Shown here in pieces: positions 1 to 7,322 of a stretch of DNA of 59,231 nucleotides. How positions within the stretch are numbered: position 1 is the stretch's first letter; the number at the start of each line of letters is the position of its first letter. Location: positions 1-59,231 of IMG/VR virus record IMGVR_UViG_3300050015_000289. The stretch is one strand, 5' to 3'. Below the pieces are notes generated by a model that did not search any database, was not told where the DNA came from, and saw only the letters and a list, made by a program, of their open reading frames with translations. The stretch is from a virus. Lineage: Duplodnaviria; Caudoviricetes. Position numbers and translations under genes: made by a program.

Positions 1-141
1 CTGATGTTATAACTTTAGTAAAATAACGTTTTGAGGGAGTAGAATTAGAATGGATGCTTTCTTATATAAACTATAGAATTTCTACTTTATCTCAGTGGAA
101 TCCTAAATCAAATGGTATTGAATATTTTGAAAACATAAAAA

Positions 142-891
142 ATGATGCAGATACAGGATCAAAAGAAAAGTTGTATAATTAAAGAGGTATACATTCAGCC
201 AAAATTATTTAATGAGTTATCCACATTTGGAACACAGGGAACTATATTAGATGAATGTCTTGGTTTTAATGATGTACAGGAAGCATTTAAATATATTAAT
301 TTATTATCTTTAACAGATAAGATGTATCCAGAACTTCCAATGAATGCATTTTCATACTGTGATTTTGCAGAAATAAAATGTGTCATTGTTGGTAGTATGC
401 CTGATATCGGCAGGTTAAATGTATGGACTGGTAGTGCATTCTGCTATAATTCACCATCAAATATTTGTCAGGGCACTATATTACATGATAAAATAGTACA
501 GGACTGTGCCTTAACTAAATATTTCCAAGGTAAAATGTCTTCAGATTTAATTAAAATGCAAGATAATGGAGTCTTACTTCTTAACGAAGCATTATCAGTT
601 ACAAAGAAGGATTTCTTTTTTTGTAAAACCTTGTGGAGACCTATTATTGCAAGAGTATTAGCACAGATATCCATATCTGATAATAAGATACCATTTATAT
701 TTACCACTGTTGCAGCATTTAACAACTTCAAATTATCAGTGATAAATTCTGATCTTGTACTATGTTTAAATGGATGTGGTGAAAAACCATTTCCAGAAAA
801 TCCCAATATATTTGATTTGGTAGAAAACCATATCAATAGGGGTGCAACTCTTAGTGATAAAATTAAATTTTTAGAATTAATCACACTGTAA
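142..891 (+). CDS. Uracil-DNA glycosylase (family 1 UNG)-fold protein with degenerate catalytic motifs
   Basis: YPELPMNAFSYCDFAEIKCVIVG and QDNGVLLLNEALSV match the UNG blocks (YP..VF.AF...P...VKVVI.G; WA.QGVLLLN.LTV). GQDPY is replaced by GSMPD and no HPSPLS motif is present. Confidence 0.75.
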   Translation: MMQIQDQKKSCIIKEVYIQPKLFNELSTFGTQGTILDECLGFNDVQEAFKYINLLSLTDKMYPELPMNAFSYCDFAEIKCVIVGSMPDIGRLNVWTGSAFCYNSPSNICQGTILHDKIVQDCALTKYFQGKMSSDLIKMQDNGVLLLNEALSVTKKDFFFCKTLWRPIIARVLAQISISDNKIPFIFTTVAAFNNFKLSVINSDLVLCLNGCGEKPFPENPNIFDLVENHINRGATLSDKIKFLELITL

Positions 892-892
892 T

Positions 893-1930
893 ATGAATAG
901 AGAAGAAATAGAATCATTACAATTATTTAAAACGGAGGAGGCTTATCGTGAGTCTCCTTCGTTAAACTATTCGACATTAAAGAATATTCCCGATGGTCCA
1001 TGGTGCTTGGTATTAGAAAGTAGAAAACACTCTGGTGGAGCTTTAGATGTGGGTAATTATGTAGATAAATATTTCACAGACAGGGAAAATCTAGAGTTAT
1101 ATTTTGACAGATCAAAACCTAAGATTGAATTAAATGCATCCTTAGAGGCATTATTACAATTATTTTTAATGGTAGGTGTATATGAACCATCAATAGATGA
1201 TTGTGTTTTAAAATGCCGTGAAAATGGAATTTATGGATCATTAGTAGACGTAGAAAAGCTTAAAGCAAAATTCACCTCAGATTTCTTTGAAAAACTAAAA
1301 AGAGCGTCATTGCCATCTGATAAGATAGAACTTACATCCGATGAATATGATAAAGCACTAAGTGCAATAGAAAATATTAAGTCGAATCCCATTGCTATGG
1401 AGATAATAGAAGAACATGAAGAAGAAATAGTAATACCACAATTTAAATGGGAATTTGAACTAGAATTAGAAGGTTCCATAAAAAGGAAGTTTAGGGTGAT
1501 GTACGATCTTTTAAAATTTAATTTCTCAAAGAAAAAGATATATGCCACAGATATTAAATCAGGAACAAAACCAGCATATAAATTCGCCGAGCAGTTAATA
1601 GATTTTAGATATGATATCCAAGGTATATTATATTATGTGGGTCTGATGGCCTTAAGAAAGAAATATTTTCCCGACTGGGAAAAGTGTGATCCTCAGGATT
1701 TTAAGTTTATATATTCTCCTAAGAAATCTAATAGAGAATGTATTATTGTTCCATTATCAGAAAAATTCATTAGAGATAATTCAGAATCTATAATATATAA
1801 CGGTAAGGCATATGATGGTATATGGAAAATTTTTAATGATGCTAATTGGTATATAGAAAATCAGGTTTTTGATAAACATAGGCTATTAGCTGAAAACAAT
1901 GGTATAGTATCAATTGATAAACTAATTTAA
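893..1930 (+). CDS. PD-(D/E)XK nuclease (RecB/exonuclease VIII-like)
   Basis: N-terminal YRESPSLNYSTLK and G.YVD; C-terminal Q..FRVMYDLL..ATDIKSG..YDIQGILY, a typical phage PDDEXK layout. Confidence 0.75.
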   Translation: MNREEIESLQLFKTEEAYRESPSLNYSTLKNIPDGPWCLVLESRKHSGGALDVGNYVDKYFTDRENLELYFDRSKPKIELNASLEALLQLFLMVGVYEPSIDDCVLKCRENGIYGSLVDVEKLKAKFTSDFFEKLKRASLPSDKIELTSDEYDKALSAIENIKSNPIAMEIIEEHEEEIVIPQFKWEFELELEGSIKRKFRVMYDLLKFNFSKKKIYATDIKSGTKPAYKFAEQLIDFRYDIQGILYYVGLMALRKKYFPDWEKCDPQDFKFIYSPKKSNRECIIVPLSEKFIRDNSESIIYNGKAYDGIWKIFNDANWYIENQVFDKHRLLAENNGIVSIDKLI

Positions 1931-1931
1931 G

Positions 1932-3317
1932 ATGAATGTAAATCAAGTAATACAAATATATCCAGAGATAATTAAGCTTTTTGATGATAGGGCACCAATG
2001 GCATTAGGAGGATATCCTGCCTTAGTACGTGAAGGTATCTTAAGAGAGTCCAGAGAGACTAAAGATATTGATATATGTTTATTTGTAGATCAAAACTTTG
2101 CTTTTAATGAATCACATCTACAGTCAATAGTTAATACAAATATTAGAGAAATTAGTAATTTCCTTAAAGAAGAGCGATGGATTGTTGAAAGTCTTAAGAG
2201 ATACTGTTCTTGTGAAAGTTGTAGAGATGGTGATACTAAACACGAAGTAAACTTTAATAATCAAGAGTTAAATTTATCAAAAGATCTTGGTGTTAACAAA
2301 TTTATTGGATTTATATTAAAAAGTAAACCTATAATTACTAAAAATAAATCTAAGAAGGAAATATTAGTAAAAGAACCTATTAGTTTTTTGAAATTTGAGG
2401 AGGTTTCTGATGATTATGATGAGATCTTAGATTTATTTTCTAAAAAAGAACAACAATATAAAATAAGCAAAAAACCCAAAAATCCATTTTTTAATCCTCA
2501 AAATTGGGAGATACATGATAAAAAAGAAGCAGAACTATTAGCAGATAAAGTTATCTCTGAGTTAATATTAGAAAAAGAAGAAGCATTATTTTTAGATACC
2601 AATCTAAAAGAAAAAATCATTGCTTTTTGTTTAACTAAATATGAATACCAGCTAAATAAGACGAATATAATTCGTATATTTAATGAAAATAACATAAAAG
2701 AATTAAAAATTGATGTCTTCTTTATGGACTTTTCCAATATAGAGAAGAATACTATGCTTATTGACGGTGTTAGATATGTTAATTATTATACGATTCTCAA
2801 AGCTAAACGTGAATATTGCCTAAATCCATCCACAGATGATAATAGTTACAATAAACATCTTAAGGATATCATAGAATCTGCAACTGTTAAACATATAAAG
2901 GGTGTTAATTTTCCAGAAGATATAGATTATATAATTATCACAAGAGAGTTAAATCTAAAGTTAGCAGAAGAAGAAAAAATCATTGAAGATCGTAAAAAAG
3001 AAGAAACACAAAAAACTCTAGAGAAAATACGACTAGCGGCAATGTCTGGATTTGGACCATCGGGGTCACAAGGAGTTTCAGGTTCACAGGGAGTATCTTG
3101 GAATACGAATGTATATAATACACCACAACAGGTAACATATACAAATGCACAAGGTTCGCAATCGCTAACAGATGCTTTACGTGAGGAATTTTTATCTCAA
3201 CAACGACAATATTGGACAGGAGCAGATCCATATTTAATAACACCTAATAATCCAATTCCATATAGTTCCATAGTGGGACAAACTGGATATATACCGACTA
3301 GAGGTAATAGATTATGA
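1932..3317 (+). CDS. Pol-beta-superfamily nucleotidyltransferase-like protein with a large insertion and a low-complexity tail
   Basis: LGGYPALVREGILRESRETKDIDI (GG..AL...G...R...DxD), then KIDVF..LIDGV..ILKAK..KHLKDI about 200 aa later. Confidence 0.6.
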   Translation: MNVNQVIQIYPEIIKLFDDRAPMALGGYPALVREGILRESRETKDIDICLFVDQNFAFNESHLQSIVNTNIREISNFLKEERWIVESLKRYCSCESCRDGDTKHEVNFNNQELNLSKDLGVNKFIGFILKSKPIITKNKSKKEILVKEPISFLKFEEVSDDYDEILDLFSKKEQQYKISKKPKNPFFNPQNWEIHDKKEAELLADKVISELILEKEEALFLDTNLKEKIIAFCLTKYEYQLNKTNIIRIFNENNIKELKIDVFFMDFSNIEKNTMLIDGVRYVNYYTILKAKREYCLNPSTDDNSYNKHLKDIIESATVKHIKGVNFPEDIDYIIITRELNLKLAEEEKIIEDRKKEETQKTLEKIRLAAMSGFGPSGSQGVSGSQGVSWNTNVYNTPQQVTYTNAQGSQSLTDALREEFLSQQRQYWTGADPYLITPNNPIPYSSIVGQTGYIPTRGNRL

Positions 3318-3769
3318 TTCCAAATAAGTCAATACTTTATATTCTGCCGTTGATAGAGGGATGGTCTGCAGATGCAGACTTCCCTCTTAATTGTTACGCT
3401 AAGATAGGAATCCCTAATAGTGTGATATTAGAATATAAGACAGAAAAAGATAATAGGTTTCATCAATATGGGATATTAATGAAACAGGTTGTGGATAGAA
3501 CTTACCTATTATATTCTATTAAATACGAATATATCAATGACTATAAGTTACTTATGTCTGGTAGATATAGTCAGGTGAGTGATGAATGTAAGACTATTTT
3601 ATTATCCCGTGCTCCCACCACAAAGAGTTTCCAAGAGATGGAAAAGATATTATATAAGAATAAAGAAGTAAAAAGAAAACTAGAGAAGTTCTTTATGGTT
3701 AATGATATAGACTCATTAGTTGATGAATATGAAAGTAAGTTTGGTAACGAAGAAACATTAAATTTATAA
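3314..3769 (+). CDS. Hypothetical phage protein
   Basis: 151-aa ORF coupled to the upstream gene; contains MSGRYSQVS; no function recognised. Confidence 0.7.
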   Translation: MIPNKSILYILPLIEGWSADADFPLNCYAKIGIPNSVILEYKTEKDNRFHQYGILMKQVVDRTYLLYSIKYEYINDYKLLMSGRYSQVSDECKTILLSRAPTTKSFQEMEKILYKNKEVKRKLEKFFMVNDIDSLVDEYESKFGNEETLNL

Positions 3770-3771
3770 TA

Positions 3772-3951
3772 ATGATAAAAGAAGAAAAAAATAAAATAAA
3801 TTGGAAGGAATTAAATATCTATGTAAATGATGAAATGAAAGAGGGAAAATTATTTCCTAGTACCAGTTATATAGATATACAATTTTGTGGATGGTGCGTA
3901 AGATTACTACCAAATGGAACATATTTTACAGAAGATACGACAGGGGGTTGA
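3772..3951 (+). CDS. Small hypothetical protein (59 aa, MIKEEKNKINW...EDTTGG); absent from the ORF track
   Basis: Read manually: ATG 3772 to TGA 3949-3951; fills the gap between neighbours with 2-nt spacers. Confidence 0.65.
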   Translation: MIKEEKNKINWKELNIYVNDEMKEGKLFPSTSYIDIQFCGWCVRLLPNGTYFTEDTTGG

Positions 3952-3953
3952 TT

Positions 3954-4286
3954 ATGACAGAAAAAGCATTAAGATATAATGAAGGAAAATTAGATTGGAC
4001 ATTGTTAGACTTTGATTCAATCAAGCCTTTAGTTGAGGTAATGACCTATGGTGCAACTAAATATGCACGAGAAAACTGGAAACTTCCTTGTGATAATCCC
4101 AGAGAACATCTAAAATCCGCTATGAGACATTTGTTGTCTTTATTTAATGGTGATGAATTCGATTTTGATCCTAACTGTGAAGAATGTAAAACAGGTAAAT
4201 GTGGTTCTCATAGCGGTAAGCGTCATTCTGGACATATAATGGCAAATATGATGATGTATAATTTTCATACTAAAAACATAAAATAA
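3954..4286 (+). CDS. dATP/dGTP diphosphohydrolase N-terminal domain (DUF5664-like) protein
   Basis: ALRYNEGKLDWTLL..LVEVMTYGATKYARENWK..SAMRHL..SG..H..H..ANMM. The true start is likely ATG 3954 rather than the track's 3885. Confidence 0.8.
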   Translation: MTEKALRYNEGKLDWTLLDFDSIKPLVEVMTYGATKYARENWKLPCDNPREHLKSAMRHLLSLFNGDEFDFDPNCEECKTGKCGSHSGKRHSGHIMANMMMYNFHTKNIK

Positions 4287-4645
4287 TGACATATTTAGCA
4301 ATACCATATTCGTGGAACCCAGATAAGGCTTTTGAAATAGCAAATGTTAAAGCTGCAGAATTAATGCTTCCTAATAGAGATTCCATCTTTTCTCCTATTA
4401 GTCATTCTCATCCAATTGCCAGGCATATGCCCGAAAGCTATAGATTAGATCAGGAGTTTTGGATGGATCAAGATTTACCGATGCTTAGGTTATGCAAGAA
4501 AGTGGTTGTAATTGTGCCATGTATGGATGGAGATACAAGTAAGGGGCTTGAACTTGTGGCCAATTCTAAAGGGTGTAACAGAGAAGTTCAGGAAGCAAAT
4601 AAATGCAATATAATGGTTGAATACCATAAAGTTAATATACATTAA
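4286..4645 (+). CDS. DUF1937 / nucleoside-2-deoxyribosyltransferase-like fold protein
   Basis: YLAIPYS..IFSPISHSH..FWMDQDLPML..C..SKGCNREV. Confidence 0.75.
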   Translation: MTYLAIPYSWNPDKAFEIANVKAAELMLPNRDSIFSPISHSHPIARHMPESYRLDQEFWMDQDLPMLRLCKKVVVIVPCMDGDTSKGLELVANSKGCNREVQEANKCNIMVEYHKVNIH

Positions 4646-4646
4646 C

Positions 4647-4859
4647 ATGCCACGATTTATAACATGTGTTACTAATGGATCTTCAAAAAAAGTTAAGATC
4701 TATGAAGAAAATGATTACCCATCAGTATTAAAAAAAATCAGAGAAAATGAACCTAGAGAATATAGAATTAAGTACGTTAGAAATCTTGAAGCAGAAGAAC
4801 TTCCTCAGGACACAAAACTTATGCTTTATTGGAGGGAACATACCCTCGTTGAAGAATAG
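4647..4859 (+). CDS. Hypothetical protein (MPRFITCVT...)
   Basis: ATG 1 nt after the upstream stop; overlaps the next gene by 113 nt, so its boundaries are uncertain. Confidence 0.45.
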   Translation: MPRFITCVTNGSSKKVKIYEENDYPSVLKKIRENEPREYRIKYVRNLEAEELPQDTKLMLYWREHTLVEE

Positions 4860-5214
4860 CAGGATTTTTGTCAAGAGTATGAACTGTCTTATAGATTCTC
4901 CATCTGTATCTAAATATAAGAAAGAACACATCCATCAATGGAATGATGTGGAGCAGATAGAATGGTTCAGATCTCTAGCAGATAAATTGGAGAAACCTAT
5001 TCTTGTTGGATTTCACTTTATCAGAGATTCCAAGAGGCGATATGATTTTATCAACGCCTTGCAATTACCATTAGATATTATGACTAAATGTAGTTATATT
5101 GATGACGATAATATATGGGAGATTATTCCTGTCCCAATGATGATTAATGGTACATTTACTACTGTAGATAAGGAAAATGCTGGAGTATTATTTAAAATTT
5201 TAAATATCACGTGA
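4747..5214 (+). CDS. RusA-like Holliday junction resolvase
   Basis: GNIPSLKNS..FHFIRDSKRRYDFINALQLPLDIM..IDDDN (RusA-type D..N.....D.....I.DD). Confidence 0.7.
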   Translation: MNLENIELSTLEILKQKNFLRTQNLCFIGGNIPSLKNSRIFVKSMNCLIDSPSVSKYKKEHIHQWNDVEQIEWFRSLADKLEKPILVGFHFIRDSKRRYDFINALQLPLDIMTKCSYIDDDNIWEIIPVPMMINGTFTTVDKENAGVLFKILNIT

Positions 5215-5423
5215 AAACAAAATACGAAGAAGGATTTACGGATTTAGAAATAATTGAATTATGTAAAAGTTTAAATGTAGATCCTATAAAAGTAAACAAA
5301 CAGTTATATGGCAATACCTGTAGAGTTATTGATGGAGAAATTATATCCTATAAATGGGATGTTGATTTAGCCATACGCTGTGTACAAGAAAACAGAGAAC
5401 CTTATTTAGAGGAGTGGGATTGA
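5211..5423 (+). CDS. Hypothetical protein
   Basis: 70-aa ORF with a GTGA start/stop overlap with the upstream gene. Confidence 0.65.
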   Translation: MKTKYEEGFTDLEIIELCKSLNVDPIKVNKQLYGNTCRVIDGEIISYKWDVDLAIRCVQENREPYLEEWD

Positions 5424-5424
5424 T

Positions 5425-5604
5425 ATGAAAAAAGCTATTTTTGAATATAATAGTGGTAACTTAGCTTTATTATGTTCTAAATGCAGAAAAATAATTAAGG
5501 TGGGATATGAATTTACTCCTCATGAATTGGAATGTTTCAATACTAATGGTAGTGATCCTAAATATTATCTTTCTCCCCAATATTGCGATAAGCATAAAAA
5601 ATGA
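5425..5604 (+). CDS. Small putative Zn-binding protein (59 aa; CSKC...CDKH); absent from the ORF track
   Basis: Read manually: MKKAIFEYNSGNLALLCSKCRKII...QYCDKHKK; ATGA overlap with the next gene. Confidence 0.65.
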   Translation: MKKAIFEYNSGNLALLCSKCRKIIKVGYEFTPHELECFNTNGSDPKYYLSPQYCDKHKK

Positions 5605-6374
5605 ATTCAATTGTTGAAAACATATTTTATCAAAGAGCAAAAATTGTTCATAATCTAGATAAGATTGTAAATTCTATTTCAAAAAAGAAGTCCAGGGGAT
5701 CTCAGTTATCACTTTTTGATTCAGAAGATTCATTAGATGTGGAGATAAAGATGGATGAACCCAAGAATTTTAATCCTCTTTTAGTAATAGAACGGGAAAA
5801 AGATTTAACAGGATTTAATTTTCTTTATTCTACATTTGATGAATTTGAGACAGTGAGATGTAGGTATTGTAATACTACTATTAATCAGTTGCTACAAGAA
5901 ACAGAACCATTTGATAATAGAACATTATTAGCTTTCATAAGAGATATAGAAGAACGTGATAGTAAATTTGGCAATAAATATGCCAAGATAACATTCTCTG
6001 ATGGAGAAGTTGATGAAAAGATGTATCTTTTCGGGAAATTATATGAAAAGATGTTTTCCAAATGTTTCGTAAATAAGATGTATCTTCTCACTGTGTCATC
6101 AAAAAATTCAGAAAGTAGGATTGATATCGTTAGTTTTATGCCTGCTGATGAAGTTCGATGTGATGCAAAATCCATATATATCACTGCGACTATGAATTCA
6201 CTACCATTGCTTAGATTATATCTTCAGTGTTATATGAAGGGTAATGAACAGAATGTGTTTATGAAGATTATTGATTTAGAAAATAGGATATTGCATTTAG
6301 ATTATAAGGTTAAAATAGATAATGATAATTTAATAGAATTACGTGAAAAAGGATTTAAAATACAACTAAGATGA
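5601..6374 (+). CDS. dnaE: Stand-alone C-terminal part of DNA polymerase III alpha (clamp-binding motif plus OB fold)
   Basis: QLSLF, then EREKDLTGFNF (DnaE EKE.LG.Y), then IRDIEERDSKFGNKYAKITFSD..MYLFGKLY (DnaE OB). No PHP or catalytic domain. Confidence 0.7.
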   Translation: MNSIVENIFYQRAKIVHNLDKIVNSISKKKSRGSQLSLFDSEDSLDVEIKMDEPKNFNPLLVIEREKDLTGFNFLYSTFDEFETVRCRYCNTTINQLLQETEPFDNRTLLAFIRDIEERDSKFGNKYAKITFSDGEVDEKMYLFGKLYEKMFSKCFVNKMYLLTVSSKNSESRIDIVSFMPADEVRCDAKSIYITATMNSLPLLRLYLQCYMKGNEQNVFMKIIDLENRILHLDYKVKIDNDNLIELREKGFKIQLR

Positions 6375-6466
6375 GAGATTTTATTATTAAAAATATATCA
6401 TACTTCATTTTCATTATAGGAAGTATATGTTTTATTATTGGTAGTATATTAGCAATGAAAAAATGA
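6371..6466 (+). CDS. Tiny single-TM membrane peptide (31 aa); absent from the ORF track
   Basis: MRDFIIKNISYFIFIIGSICFIIGSILAMKK; ATGA overlaps at both ends. Confidence 0.6.
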   Translation: MRDFIIKNISYFIFIIGSICFIIGSILAMKK

Positions 6467-6636
6467 ATATAACACAAGAAGGTGACGACTATAAAGATTT
6501 TTTACTTCGTCAAAAAATAGAAAAAGAGAAAAAAGAAATTGCTATTGATTTTGGCACTTTTATGGCAAAAGAATTTGGATTGCCACCATTAAGTATGAGA
6601 AACATTTATGAACAATTTCTAAAATCTAAGAAATGA
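6463..6636 (+). CDS. Small hypothetical protein (57 aa); absent from the ORF track
   Basis: MNITQEGDDY...YEQFLKSKK; ATGA overlaps at both ends. Confidence 0.65.
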   Translation: MNITQEGDDYKDFLLRQKIEKEKKEIAIDFGTFMAKEFGLPPLSMRNIYEQFLKSKK

Positions 6637-6845
6637 ATATAGGAGTAGTAAGTTGTAAGGGTTGTCCGTTTCAATATCAGGACTGGGATGACTTAGAGGG
6701 AAGCATGAGATATGTGTGTAATAGAACTGGAAGCATTATATTTCTTGACTATAAGAATATAATAAAAAGTGGTAATAAAAAGGTATTGGACAACTGCCCA
6801 TTATTAAGTGATGATATAATTGTTAAAATTTTTCAAGATGAGTAA
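6633..6845 (+). CDS. Small Cys-rich hypothetical protein
   Basis: SCKGCPF...YVC...NCPL; coupled to neighbours. Confidence 0.65.
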   Translation: MNIGVVSCKGCPFQYQDWDDLEGSMRYVCNRTGSIIFLDYKNIIKSGNKKVLDNCPLLSDDIIVKIFQDE

Positions 6846-7029
6846 TGAAGTGGAAACTATTATATTTAAAGATGCTTTCGGCAAAAAAATTAGAGAAATG
6901 AATGCTAACGAGAATGAAAATATGTCAATAGATGAACAAATAGGTTATTCAATGGCAGTACGTGAACTCTTGAATTGGAATTTAAAATTACTTGTAGATT
7001 ATAATAATGATAAAATAATATTAAAATAA
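6838..7029 (+). CDS. Hypothetical protein
   Basis: Likely start ATG 6838 (MSNEVE...), overlapping the upstream stop. Confidence 0.6.
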   Translation: MSNEVETIIFKDAFGKKIREMNANENENMSIDEQIGYSMAVRELLNWNLKLLVDYNNDKIILK

Positions 7030-7245
7030 ATGGAAACAGAATTTTCAGTAAGAAGTACGGTAAAAAGGAAATTGTTATCAGAATATAATATCTCCATAAA
7101 CAAAAAGAACTTCTATAGGGGTATATGTGCATATAATGATAATATCGGAGGACAGGGAAATTTTACCAATATGGTGGAAAAACTAAATAGTGACGAACGA
7201 GAATTGAGTCGATTCGCTAGGTATCTTTTAACCTGGGCTCAATGA
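7030..7245 (+). CDS. Hypothetical protein, last gene of the + strand operon
   Basis: 71-aa ORF abutting the previous stop and followed by a terminator. Confidence 0.6.
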   Translation: METEFSVRSTVKRKLLSEYNISINKKNFYRGICAYNDNIGGQGNFTNMVEKLNSDERELSRFARYLLTWAQ

Positions 7246-7291
7246 GTACTTTCTTTTTGATGAGATTTTAGAATTTTATGACAATTTAAAT

Positions 7292-7322
7292 AAAAAGGGG
7301 GAAAGTTAATCCCCCCTTTTTT
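7292..7322. terminator. Bidirectional intrinsic terminator between the convergent arms
   Basis: AAAAA-GGGGGA-aagttaa-TCCCCC-C-TTTTTT: a hairpin with A and T tracts on both sides. Confidence 0.85.

Noticed and set aside
1-182. Possible upstream gene end or short ORF (frame 3, ATG 54 to TAA 180-182)
   Set aside because: Short, truncated context, an in-frame TAA at 24-26 and no recognisable motif.
893-1930. Cas4 or CRISPR-associated nuclease
   Set aside because: No four-Cys Fe-S motif, no cas genes and no array; an ordinary phage PD-(D/E)XK nuclease fits better.
5601-5700. Split intein on the DnaE fragment
   Set aside because: No C-intein His-Asn/Cys-type junction is visible, and the break lies far downstream of the cyanobacterial split site.
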